Positions 19,197 to 28,173 of a stretch of DNA of 41,765 nucleotides are shown here, in pieces. Positions within the stretch are counted from its first letter, which is position 1; every line of letters starts with the position of its first letter. The stretch lies in UHGV virus genome UHGV-1359164; one strand, written 5' to 3'. The notes under the pieces were generated by a model. That model worked only from the letters and a program-made list of their open reading frames with translations. It ran no database searches and had not been told where the DNA came from. A program made the translations under genes and the position numbers. Origin of the DNA: a virus.

Positions 19197-19406
19197 CTAT
19201 AAAGTTCCACATATGCGAATGATCTTTGAGTTTACCCGGCGGCTGATCCGCTTCGCGGTGGCAAGGCTCACATTCATGTTTTCTGCGCAGATCTCCATTG
19301 GCACGCCTGCGGCTCGGTATTCAAATAAAGCTCTTTCCTCTGGTGTAAAATTCGCAAGTTTCCGGAAGTGGTTTAGCTCCGGCACTGTAAAATCATACAC
19401 TTTCAA
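19197..19406 (-). CDS. Sigma-70 region-4-like HTH protein (69 aa, TTG start; possibly a truncated sigma factor or late activator)
   Basis: 'NFTPEERALFEYRAAGVPMEICAENMNVSLATAKRISRRVNSKI' fits the region 4.2 pattern; no ATG in frame; begins 11 nt after the upstream stop. Confidence 0.4.
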   Translation of the reverse strand: MKVYDFTVPELNHFRKLANFTPEERALFEYRAAGVPMEICAENMNVSLATAKRISRRVNSKIIRICGTL

Positions 19407-19417
19407 GATGAGATCTA

Positions 19418-19762
19418 TTACCCCTCACTTTCTATCGGCTCATATGGTAGAGCCAGACATCTATTATAAAGATCTTCGCCTGTTCCATTGCCTCCAAGTG
19501 TCTTGTATGGACGAAACATATACTCAAGATTGTCTCTGTCTTCCAGTGTACAGTACTTACGTTTTAAGTAAAACGTACACGCCTGATAGAGCCGATCATG
19601 GAGAAGTGCCAGAACTCCCGCATTAATAGCATTTGTTCTCGCGCGTTCCGTCTTCAGCTGTTTAGACAGTTTATGATATGCTCCCGAAAGTACTACTGAT
19701 ATAAGGCCAAACAGCCATGATACCCAGTGTGCTGTTATGTACAGTATAATCATTTCCATTGT
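19418..19762 (-). CDS. Hypothetical membrane-anchored protein (N-terminal TM)
   Basis: Start 'MEMIILYITAHWVSWLFGLISVVLSGAY' after AAGGAG; internal start of ORF 19418..19891. Confidence 0.45.
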   Translation of the reverse strand, partial: TMEMIILYITAHWVSWLFGLISVVLSGAYHKLSKQLKTERARTNAINAGVLALLHDRLYQACTFYLKRKYCTLEDRDNLEYMFRPYKTLGGNGTGEDLYNRCLALPYEPIESEG

Positions 19763-19769
19763 ATACTCC

Positions 19770-20165
19770 TTAGTTATGATTTTTCTCCCAGTAATATATA
19801 GGAATTTCTCCCCCGCTATCCCAGGTATCGTATATATGTCCGTCCTGCACACAAACAACATGGCCATCAATGCAAAGTATGTACGTCCCATGCTGATGCT
19901 CCGTGCAAAAATCAGCTACTGTATAGATGTTTTGGATATGATCGTCTATCATATGCCGTCGATATCCCTTTTCTTTTAGATATGCGCCCCATACGTAATT
20001 AGCACTTGGCATATCAGACAGCATACAAGCCTTTACCATGATGCCGGAGAAAACCGTCTCCCAGTCCTGCCCTGTTGCCTTACAGATGGCCCGGATAACG
20101 CAGTCACCTACGCGCTTACCGGCTGGATTCGGATTGTAATACTCCCACTCAACATCATATTTCAT
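19770..20165 (-). CDS. Cys/His-containing small protein just downstream of MuF (papain/NlpC-P60-like arrangement?)
   Basis: 'GKRVGDCVIRAICKATG' (Cys candidate) and 'GTYILCIDGHVVCVQDGHIYD' (His candidates). Confidence 0.45.
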   Translation of the reverse strand: MKYDVEWEYYNPNPAGKRVGDCVIRAICKATGQDWETVFSGIMVKACMLSDMPSANYVWGAYLKEKGYRRHMIDDHIQNIYTVADFCTEHQHGTYILCIDGHVVCVQDGHIYDTWDSGGEIPIYYWEKNHN

Positions 20166-20169
20166 AGCA

Positions 20170-21387
20170 TTATCCTTTCTTCAAATACGCATATCTTTTT
20201 GCCGCTCCTCGCGCCTTTGCCGCCTGTTCTCTTCCCCATTTGGCAATTCTGAGGCGGTCATCCAGTAGGCGTAAGTCATTGGCTTTGCAAAAATCATTGT
20301 ACGCCCGGTTCTGCCTCTGTAAAAGATATGACTTTCGATCTAACTCCTCTTGTAGCTCTATCCTCAGTGCATCATCATTGCAGGTGTCTACAGCCGTTTG
20401 CAAGCCCATAACCATTTGCTTTGTCTTTCTGATTCTTCGCTCTAATGCTCGCTGCCTCTGCTCTAACTTTTCCAGCCTCACATTATCCTCTGTCTCTATA
20501 TCCTTATACGGGTTGTTTACCCCGTCACCGGGTCCAAAGCTGTGGCGGCAGTTCCAGCCACTTAACCCTTCGCCTGTCCCGTATCCAGTCACAGAAAATG
20601 GCGGGTATCGTTTATCTTGCCCCGTCCGGCTGTAAAACTGTCCTTGCCACCACAAATGGTTACCTGGATTCTGCCCGCCGTCTCCCGTTCGCGCCCCAAT
20701 ATGTGCCGACACAAGGATTATATCCCACTCCTGTTCCTTCATGCGCTCCATAGATATATCACCGGCTGCCTGGGCGATTCCCGTACGAACAGCCCGTGCC
20801 GTAGCTGTCTCAAGTGTATCTTTGTGCCCTGTTGGATACTGCACCACAACGCCATTCTGCGATATAGTGTCAACAGCCTCTTTTACAGCCTGTGTGTAAG
20901 AGACAGCACCACTCATAACCTTATGATATGCACTATCGCATTCGCTTATAAAAAGGCTTTGAGCCGCTTCCGCTGTTGTTCTGGTCATGTTTGACCACTC
21001 TCCCATAGTAGCCTCATAGTCTCTTTGCAACATTCGCAATAGCACCGGGGACTGTTCCAACGCTTCTGGTGCAATCCCAGCCGCTTCGTATATGGAGTTA
21101 TCATAGGCCGCAGCTTTTACGTTTGCATCCTCCATTGCTGAGGCAACTTCTTTTCTTTGTAAGCGCGTACGGATAGCGATTTCCTGTGTAATATCTTCCA
21201 GCAAGTATCCGGCATCTTGCAATATTTGTAGGCGCCACCGGTCGGAAGAGGTAAATATATATTTTTCTCCACGCCCCAGGCGGATCATGACAGCTTCTAT
21301 GATTCGGCTGATAATATAGTTATGTAGCGAAGATGCTATATCCTCGCTACCCTCTGCTATTTGTCTCAGATAATTTGGTGTCAGCAT
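20170..21387 (-). CDS. Minor capsid protein (MuF / SPP1 gp7 family)
   Basis: Follows portal; ~400 aa; RBS GGTGAGGA. Confidence 0.75.
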   Translation of the reverse strand: MLTPNYLRQIAEGSEDIASSLHNYIISRIIEAVMIRLGRGEKYIFTSSDRWRLQILQDAGYLLEDITQEIAIRTRLQRKEVASAMEDANVKAAAYDNSIYEAAGIAPEALEQSPVLLRMLQRDYEATMGEWSNMTRTTAEAAQSLFISECDSAYHKVMSGAVSYTQAVKEAVDTISQNGVVVQYPTGHKDTLETATARAVRTGIAQAAGDISMERMKEQEWDIILVSAHIGARTGDGGQNPGNHLWWQGQFYSRTGQDKRYPPFSVTGYGTGEGLSGWNCRHSFGPGDGVNNPYKDIETEDNVRLEKLEQRQRALERRIRKTKQMVMGLQTAVDTCNDDALRIELQEELDRKSYLLQRQNRAYNDFCKANDLRLLDDRLRIAKWGREQAAKARGAAKRYAYLKKG

Positions 21388-21394
21388 TCCTCAC

Positions 21395-22789
21395 CTACTC
21401 CTCTTCAAATAGTCCTTTTGCTTGTGTATTTTCTGCTTCTTTTGTCATTGATACCGCCTCATCTTTCGTCATGCCCTCGAATTTTGTAAAGTATAACCAC
21501 GCCGGGACCTTTCCTTGCATTACGTACTGCCACCAGCGGCTGCGATCTGCTTCGCGATCATAAAGGATATCCCCAAAGTCGTAGATGACATCATACGTCC
21601 CTACAGGTGATAGGCCGTACAGATCCGCGTACACATTAAGGGCATATACAGTATCATCAAGACACGCTTCCAGTTGATCACGCACATCCTTGATAAACTG
21701 GACAGTGCGCTGCTGGTCGGCTTCTACACCTGTTGCCGTCTGGATTCCGGAAGACTCGTTAAAGACAAAGTACCCATTTGCGAATCCGGCCTTGTACCCA
21801 ATCTGGCTTAACAGGTTATTGATGCCCTTGATTCTGACCTCGGTATTAAGCTGTGGGTTAATCTCCTGGTAAAACTCCTTTGTATCGTTGCCGAATACAT
21901 TTTTAACGTAGTGCGGAAGACCAACCGCATCCGCCGGGCCACGGTGTTTTATCTTCTGCCCGCTCTCATACATCAGTCTGTCATCTGCCAGTATGATTTT
22001 CTGGCTGTCCTTGATCTCTCCCGCATTCCGGCTGTATGCTATGTCAAGGTCTTTCAGTTCCTCTACGGCTTCGCGGAATATCGGCAGCCCAAGTGGGGAC
22101 GATATATCTACGTTATTGGCCTGCGGCGTGCGGAAGATACCAAACATTGGCTTGTCCAGTGGTTCCCCGGATGCCTTAAGAATCGGCGGCGCATCTTCCA
22201 ACATGTCCGCCCATTTCGTCTTCGTCAGCGGCACCGGATCACCCAGGCTCTCAGCAGATTTAGAAACGTATGCCCTGTTGCTCACATAATAGGGGTAGAG
22301 CGTCACGCCATCCTGTACCGTCTCAACAAATCTGTGATATTCCAGACGGGTGTACCATTTCTTCCCGGACTGGTACGAATCCTTGAAGATAATGCCGCGC
22401 ACAGCAAGATTGTCGTAATCAACAAGCAGCACGTCCGCCGGGGTAAATGCATCCAGGCTTGTGCCGTTTGGCTTTAAAAACACCGTACCATATGCACAGC
22501 CGTACTCCACCCAGTCTCGAAGCTTTGGATAAACTAAATCTATCTGCTGCTGTAGCCATTCCGCCCGGTCACTGCCTTCCAGGTGTATACCAATTCCAAG
22601 AGTTACTAGGCGGGCTGTCTCAGAGCAAAGAGCCTTTGCAAAATTGATAGTCTTAATACCCTCATCATCGTCCAACCACTCCGGCTGACCGTGGTATATC
22701 TTCGCACACTGATCTATAGCTTTTTCCATCTCTGGAGATACGATGGATTCCACATCAAAGTCGTTCTCTGCCTGCCGTTTAAAAATCAT
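21395..22789 (-). CDS. Portal protein (SPP1 gp6-like)
   Basis: ~465 aa immediately after terminase; start 'MIFKRQ' after AAAGGTGG. Confidence 0.8.
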   Translation of the reverse strand: MIFKRQAENDFDVESIVSPEMEKAIDQCAKIYHGQPEWLDDDEGIKTINFAKALCSETARLVTLGIGIHLEGSDRAEWLQQQIDLVYPKLRDWVEYGCAYGTVFLKPNGTSLDAFTPADVLLVDYDNLAVRGIIFKDSYQSGKKWYTRLEYHRFVETVQDGVTLYPYYVSNRAYVSKSAESLGDPVPLTKTKWADMLEDAPPILKASGEPLDKPMFGIFRTPQANNVDISSPLGLPIFREAVEELKDLDIAYSRNAGEIKDSQKIILADDRLMYESGQKIKHRGPADAVGLPHYVKNVFGNDTKEFYQEINPQLNTEVRIKGINNLLSQIGYKAGFANGYFVFNESSGIQTATGVEADQQRTVQFIKDVRDQLEACLDDTVYALNVYADLYGLSPVGTYDVIYDFGDILYDREADRSRWWQYVMQGKVPAWLYFTKFEGMTKDEAVSMTKEAENTQAKGLFEEE

Positions 22790-22824
22790 GTTAAACCACC
22801 TTTTTATCGTTGATAATATTCCCA

Positions 22825-24453
22825 CTATGCACTATTCCCCCGTCTCTCCCACAGCGATTCCGTAGCGTAACGGGTCGCATCAATTAAATGATTGTCCCGG
22901 TCTGGATAGCCGCTTATGATATTGCCATCCTTATCCCGGTCGTATTCGTATTTCTTAAATTCTTTGCATGCTTCCGGTGTTCGGTTCGGGTCCATAACCA
23001 GTTTCTTTCCCTGTAGCCACTTCATGGAGTATTCAACGCTACACGGTCCTTTCTTTGCCGCTCTTGCTGGCAAACCATCGTCTCTGTAATCCGTCACAGA
23101 TTTAGGCTCTGCGCTGTCGCAAGTTATAACGTAGTCATCATATCCGCGCCGCTTTATCTCCGCAGATGTCCAACTGTTTTTCTTTTTATTTTCGCGAATT
23201 TCGTCAATAAAGAATATAGTTTCACGCGCTGAATCGTAATATATGCGCACAAACCCATACGGGTCTGGATACCATCCCCAGTCAACGCCCTGATAGATGC
23301 GGTCCATCTGGCTGATTTCTTCATCAGTTATGGTCCGCTCCTCGATAAACTCAAATACGTTGCCGCCGTTTCCGTTGGCTTCGCCCATGTACTCGTTGTC
23401 GTAGGCAGCAGGATTGACCTCTTTCAGATGCTCAGCATCATTGATGAACTGTTCACCCAACCATTCTGCCGGAACATCCTTGTATGTGCTTCGGACCACC
23501 TTTGCAGCAGAATCCTTGAACTCTGCTTCTGTGGTGTACTCATTCGCCCAGTTGTTTTTGCTCCTCGGTGGGTTGAATGATTTAAACCTGTAGGCCTTAT
23601 CGCCACCACGGATGGCCGACTGCTGTATATTTCTGACCTCTTCCGGTCCGGCGAACTGGTCCAACTCCTCAAACCACACGATACCGATGTAGCCAAACTC
23701 CGGCTTTATGGACTTAATCTTAAGCGGATCGTCAGCGCCGCGGAAGTATATCTTCTGCCCGGTCGGCTTGTAAGTTATTTCAAACGGAGAAGTCTTGAAC
23801 TTAAATTCGTCCTCCAGCCCCATCTTCGATATGGCCCACTTAATCTGAGCATAAACGGAATCCTTGATAGTGTTACCGACCTTACGTAGCACCAGAGCGT
23901 GCATATCTGAGTGGTTTTTCAAAAGCTCTATGATAATACACGAAATCCCGGAAGACTTCGTGCTACCGCGTCCGCCGGGCAAAACATATTCTGTGTGTAG
24001 TCCGCGCCGGATGTCACGCACCATAGGGTGGAACACATCGGCTATGATATCAAGGTCAAGATGGTACTCACCTGCTGCTCTGGCGGCTTCTGCTGCTTTC
24101 TGCTGTGCTTCTTTCTGCTCCTTGATGGTGATAGCTTTTTCCAGGTCAGACATGGCCTTAAGCTGTTCGGAAAACGCCGGGGTAAATCCGAAGGAATCCT
24201 TCACCTCGCCCCGCGCTATCATGGCCCGCCGCTTCTGGATATCCGCAAGAGACATAGTGTCGGTACCGTTGCGCCTGTCAAGCTCTGCCTGTTTGTTCGC
24301 TATATAGGCCGCAACATCAGCATTCTTCAACAGTCTGCATCCTTCCTGTTCTGGCTTCTTATATCCCGCTTTCCTCGCCGCATCAGTCGCATTCCCACCA
24401 TTTTCTATGAAGTTTTTCGCGAACGCTTCCCGCTTTGGCGTAAGCTCGGCCAT
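22825..24453 (-). CDS. Terminase: small-subunit (HTH) domain fused in frame to a PBSX-type large subunit (542 aa)
   Basis: N-terminus 'MAELTPKREAFAKNFIENGGNATDAARKAGY' is TerS-like; Ala/Gln/Lys linker; then 'LPGGRGSTKSSGIS' Walker A and nuclease C-domain. The single ORF contains no internal stop. Confidence 0.8.
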   Translation of the reverse strand: MAELTPKREAFAKNFIENGGNATDAARKAGYKKPEQEGCRLLKNADVAAYIANKQAELDRRNGTDTMSLADIQKRRAMIARGEVKDSFGFTPAFSEQLKAMSDLEKAITIKEQKEAQQKAAEAARAAGEYHLDLDIIADVFHPMVRDIRRGLHTEYVLPGGRGSTKSSGISCIIIELLKNHSDMHALVLRKVGNTIKDSVYAQIKWAISKMGLEDEFKFKTSPFEITYKPTGQKIYFRGADDPLKIKSIKPEFGYIGIVWFEELDQFAGPEEVRNIQQSAIRGGDKAYRFKSFNPPRSKNNWANEYTTEAEFKDSAAKVVRSTYKDVPAEWLGEQFINDAEHLKEVNPAAYDNEYMGEANGNGGNVFEFIEERTITDEEISQMDRIYQGVDWGWYPDPYGFVRIYYDSARETIFFIDEIRENKKKNSWTSAEIKRRGYDDYVITCDSAEPKSVTDYRDDGLPARAAKKGPCSVEYSMKWLQGKKLVMDPNRTPEACKEFKKYEYDRDKDGNIISGYPDRDNHLIDATRYATESLWERRGNSA

Positions 24454-24474
24454 CTACTCACCATCCTGTCATTA

Positions 24475-24729
24475 CTACCAGTCTACCAGTGCTTCCCACA
24501 TCTCCTTTAAGGTCATGACAACATCAACCTGTGATGCTGTCCGGATGATCTCATAGTCCTTTGTTTTCCACTTACCTTTCACATATTGCAGTGTAGGTGT
24601 ACTCACGCTGTACATGGTTATCATCCGGTTCTGATCCGCACTGTAAAACTGGCTTGTGCCTATCTTTGTTACAAACCGCTTTGTGAGCAACGCTCTTTGC
24701 AGCTTTCTTTGTATCTGGTTAAGGTTCAT
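24475..24729 (-). CDS. Hypothetical small protein, first gene of the late operon
   Basis: ORF between terminator hairpin and terminase. Confidence 0.4.
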   Translation of the reverse strand: MNLNQIQRKLQRALLTKRFVTKIGTSQFYSADQNRMITMYSVSTPTLQYVKGKWKTKDYEIIRTASQVDVVMTLKEMWEALVDW

Positions 24730-24763
24730 ACTATCACCCTATTTTCATTTTATTCCAGTGCTA

Positions 24764-24803
24764 AACAAGGCGTATCACCGTTTTTGCGATGATGCGCCTT
24801 GTT
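24764..24803. terminator. 14-bp-stem hairpin separating early and late operons
   Basis: 'aacaaggcgtatca...tgatgcgccttgtt'. Confidence 0.45.
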
Positions 24804-24829
24804 GATTACCGTCTTGTTTAAATAGAAAT

Positions 24830-25063
24830 TTATGCAAATCTCAACTGCCCATCTATATCTTCTTCCAAGCGGTCTGTCCGGCAATTCGGCAATCGCTTAG
24901 CAACACACAGCTCTTTCAGATTCGCCCTCACCAGTGCCGTAGGTATCGGCGGACAAACTGCATTCCCACAGCGTCGCACCTGTTCGGCCCGGGGATATGC
25001 CTTTCCTTCGCAGTCTCGGTCAATTATGTAGTCTGCCGGAAATCCTTGGCGGGTGTCCACCAC
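24830..25063 (-). pseudogene. C-terminal fragment (motifs IX-X) of a C5 cytosine DNA methyltransferase
   Basis: 'TRQGFPADY...RRCGNAVCPPIPTALV' matches 'QGFPDDF ... GNAV.VP' at the C-terminus of Dcm-type MTases. No motifs I-VIII upstream. The 25084..25398 ORF is in another frame. Confidence 0.55.
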
Positions 25064-25083
25064 TTATTTTCTTGTGTCATTGT

Positions 25084-25398
25084 CTAGCTCCCTTTATACT
25101 TCCAAAAGCCAAAAAGCTTAAGTCTGTGGTAAAATTCTGCTTTTACTTTCCGCCTATACCCATAAAAATCATCTGCCTTTGCCGGAATATCTCTCCCGCG
25201 CCGGATCAGCGTATAATATCCGTCTCCAGTCACCAAGCTATCATACGTTTGGATTTCAAGCCCTGGCGCTTTTGATATCGCACAGCCAAATAGTATGATT
25301 TTTATCTCAGGATTCGGACTCCTGCAATATAGGTCAAGTTGTGATTCGTCCTCTTTTGGCACGTTATAGTCAGATAACTTAGCCTCTCTTGTTCTCAT
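25084..25398 (-). CDS. Hypothetical protein (possibly frameshifted MTase remnant/TRD)
   Basis: ORF only. Confidence 0.25.
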   Translation of the reverse strand: MRTREAKLSDYNVPKEDESQLDLYCRSPNPEIKIILFGCAISKAPGLEIQTYDSLVTGDGYYTLIRRGRDIPAKADDFYGYRRKVKAEFYHRLKLFGFWKYKGS

Positions 25399-25719
25399 CT
25401 AATCTCCTTCTTCTTTTTTTGCTGTCAGATATATCGTAGACAAATTATAGCCACTCCGTTTGAGGCGTTTTACAATCTCGTCCCAGTCTTTTAACAAACT
25501 TCTCTTTGCTCTGTCTTTTACTGGTTTTTCTTCTTTTTTCTTGCTTACAAGCTTCGAGCATCCCCAGCAGATCCTATAGTAGCCACCTCTAGCTTTTTTT
25601 TGCCCGTTACACCAACCTGTCCCGTTGTCGTAGTAGCATGACATTCTTTTCCCCTTTCCGCAGCTATCCGGCGCATGGCTGCTATTACGTATTCCATGCC
25701 CGGGTTTGTTTTTTTCCAC
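25399..25719 (-). CDS. Cys-rich small protein (zinc-ribbon-like), GTG start; an alternative overlapping ATG frame also exists
   Basis: 'CGKGKRMSCYYDNGTGWCNGQKK...YRICWGC'. Confidence 0.3.
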   Translation of the reverse strand: MEKNKPGHGIRNSSHAPDSCGKGKRMSCYYDNGTGWCNGQKKARGGYYRICWGCSKLVSKKKEEKPVKDRAKRSLLKDWDEIVKRLKRSGYNLSTIYLTAKKEEGD

Positions 25720-25741
25720 ATGGCTATATCTCCGCTAAATT

Positions 25742-26158
25742 TCAGTTTTGCTTACCATTCATGCGCTCTGCCTTAATTTCAAACTTCAATTCGTCTTCTT
25801 TAATATCAAGAGCTTTTTTCATATTGCATCTACTGGTTCCCCCTACATATGGGACAAATAAACTTCTAATTATTTCGCTTGTGTAAAATTGGATACAAGG
25901 TGTTTCCCCGTCAATCTTCGTATCAACTTTCAGATAGTCCAAAATATTATTGACCTGCTGCACCACATCTTCAATGAGATTTAATGCGCCCTTATAGATA
26001 TCAACGTAGCCATTAATCCTGATAGAATGCTGTCCTTCATCAATAATCCAAGCACCACAATCTGGACATTTCCCGTCAATAGGTTGTAATGCTTCATACA
26101 CCGTTTTGATCTTTGCATTTTCCTTGACTTCGCAATATGGACAATGTAAATAACTCAT
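25742..26158 (-). CDS. Hypothetical protein with N-terminal CxxC...CxxC zinc ribbon
   Basis: 'HCPYCEV...GKCPDCGAW'; start 'MSYLHC' after TTAAGATTTGGAGGA. Confidence 0.5.
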   Translation of the reverse strand: MSYLHCPYCEVKENAKIKTVYEALQPIDGKCPDCGAWIIDEGQHSIRINGYVDIYKGALNLIEDVVQQVNNILDYLKVDTKIDGETPCIQFYTSEIIRSLFVPYVGGTSRCNMKKALDIKEDELKFEIKAERMNGKQN

Positions 26159-26193
26159 GCTTTCATCCTCCAAATCTTAACTTTCAGTTTAGC

Positions 26194-27129
26194 TCACTCA
26201 TACCCTTCAAAGCTCAGTTGTCCAGGTGTGTCCCTTTCTTCCATCCACCAGCTAAAAACGTCATTCCCGTCTTTCCACCTAGGTTTTATTCCTGTTCCAG
26301 CATTCCTCATCGCTTCCAGCATTTTGTCAAAAGCTCTGATATACGCTCGCTTGTATGTCGGGAACATGGAAAATTCAAAATACCTGTTTTTTCCTGCCAT
26401 CGGACAGCCTACGCAACCACATCTTGAAAAACCCATGTTATAAAGCGGATTGATATGAATTCCTTCGCCAGCAATGAAGCGTGCTATATCGTAGTCCGTC
26501 CACTCTATTATTGGATTGCAAACGGTTTTGGCTTTTAACTCGCATTTTTCGATGAATTTTCTTTTCTTTGAGTTATCATTCATCAGCATAATTTCCGAAA
26601 TACCTGGGATTGTCATTTGCTCAAATTCTTCAGTTTCCCCTTGATTTTCCGACATTTCCGAATCAGATATTTTTATCCTATCTTTTTTAGCTTTCCCGAA
26701 TACCTCATACTCTCCCCTGTCAGCCCTTGCGCTGCTTTCATCCCACCGCACGCCTGTTGCTATCATTCTGTTTTTACAAGTGCCTTCTTTCAGGTATGCA
26801 CAACAATATCTCGCCCGTCTGGTTGGCGGCATTTTCTTTTTTACAATCAACTGCCACATCGAAAGGGCCGGGTATTGGATTGTACATTTAATTCCCTGCA
26901 TCTCTAATTTTTTGAATACATTTCTAATATGATAAACTGTCTGTGGCGTATCTACGGTTGTATGACTGTGATGTACTTCGAACGGAACGCCGGACCTTTT
27001 AAAAAGTTCCAGAATAACATCTGAATCTTTTCCCCCGGAATATGTACATACAACCGGCGCGCGATAATGGCGCAGGCTCATTTCAGACGCCAGCTTGATC
27101 CTTTCGATTGCTTTTTGTTCTAAATCCAT
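26194..27129 (-). CDS. PAPS-reductase-family (PP-loop ATP pyrophosphatase) protein, phage type
   Basis: 'VVCTYSGGKDSDV' PP-loop; C-terminal 'CGCVGCP' cluster. Confidence 0.7.
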   Translation of the reverse strand: MDLEQKAIERIKLASEMSLRHYRAPVVCTYSGGKDSDVILELFKRSGVPFEVHHSHTTVDTPQTVYHIRNVFKKLEMQGIKCTIQYPALSMWQLIVKKKMPPTRRARYCCAYLKEGTCKNRMIATGVRWDESSARADRGEYEVFGKAKKDRIKISDSEMSENQGETEEFEQMTIPGISEIMLMNDNSKKRKFIEKCELKAKTVCNPIIEWTDYDIARFIAGEGIHINPLYNMGFSRCGCVGCPMAGKNRYFEFSMFPTYKRAYIRAFDKMLEAMRNAGTGIKPRWKDGNDVFSWWMEERDTPGQLSFEGYE

Positions 27130-27144
27130 CTTTTCTCCTAAATC

Positions 27145-27642
27145 TTAATTTACTTTTAGTTCTTCACACATATATTTGAGGTCATTGTAATATCTTTCTT
27201 CGTCACCAAGCAAATCAGCAATTATTTCCAAAAATACTTTTTCTGCATCTTCCCAACTATTGATATTGTCATCATCTAGCTCTTGAATACCTCTATCAAG
27301 AAATTGATACCCATAAACTGCTTTCATTTCATCATCACATATCACAAATAAAGTAGCAATTCTATCTGTGTCATATGCGTACAATACCTTCTGCGTAATC
27401 CATGTTTCTTTTTCAGGGGTTACTTCTATTAATTTCATTCTTCTTGTCTTTACCTGTCTAACAGTTTCAGGATTAACTTCGTGCATTATAATCAATCTTC
27501 CTATTTCTCCTTTGACTGTAACAGCATTAGATATTGGGTGGATATATGTTTTCCCCTTAGAATGAATTAGGTCTCCTTCTACCCAGACTTCATTGAACTC
27601 TCTTCCACTATTTTTCACAGTTAATGCTCTAAATTTAACCAT
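27145..27642 (-). CDS. YopX-family phage protein
   Basis: N-terminus 'MVKFRA...' typical of YopX proteins; size. Confidence 0.55.
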   Translation of the reverse strand: MVKFRALTVKNSGREFNEVWVEGDLIHSKGKTYIHPISNAVTVKGEIGRLIIMHEVNPETVRQVKTRRMKLIEVTPEKETWITQKVLYAYDTDRIATLFVICDDEMKAVYGYQFLDRGIQELDDDNINSWEDAEKVFLEIIADLLGDEERYYNDLKYMCEELKVN

Positions 27643-27711
27643 GCTACCTCCAACTCTTAATTTCCTCGTAATACCTCTTTTTTGCTTCGCTCAGGATTAC
27701 CATGTCCATAT

Positions 27712-27885
27712 TTAATCAATATCGCCAGAATAATCTTCATTCCACAAGGCTTCAAAGTTTTCAATCGTCCTTTTGACTGCATTCTCATAAGTCTCTGCTT
27801 CTTCATCAGACAAGCTTCGATTCGCAATCTCCGGCGGTTCAAGTCGAACTATTCCGTATTTTTCACGGATCATTGCTCTTGTCAT
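27712..27885 (-). CDS. Small acidic hypothetical protein
   Basis: Motif plus 'GGGAAGGTGG' RBS then ATG ('MTRAMIREKY'). Confidence 0.3.
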   Translation of the reverse strand: MTRAMIREKYGIVRLEPPEIANRSLSDEEAETYENAVKRTIENFEALWNEDYSGDID

Positions 27886-28173
27886 AAGCCACCACCTTCC
27901 CAACTCTTAACTTACCAATCAAATCTTGCCATGTTCATAAACTCAAGTGGCATGGAACCACCAAAGAGATCATTAGCACCGTCGATAATGTCTGAATCTA
28001 CTCCGTCCGCTTCCAGCTGATCGTCAAACATTGCATCATTGCAGATAGATCCATACGGTGTTCTCGAATGTTTCCTGCTATATTTCTTTCCGTTACGTAA
28101 TTCCAAGGGATTCCGTACAACTGCTTTCTGTAGCCTCGATTGTATATCTCATGTATTCATCCTCCATCAAATC

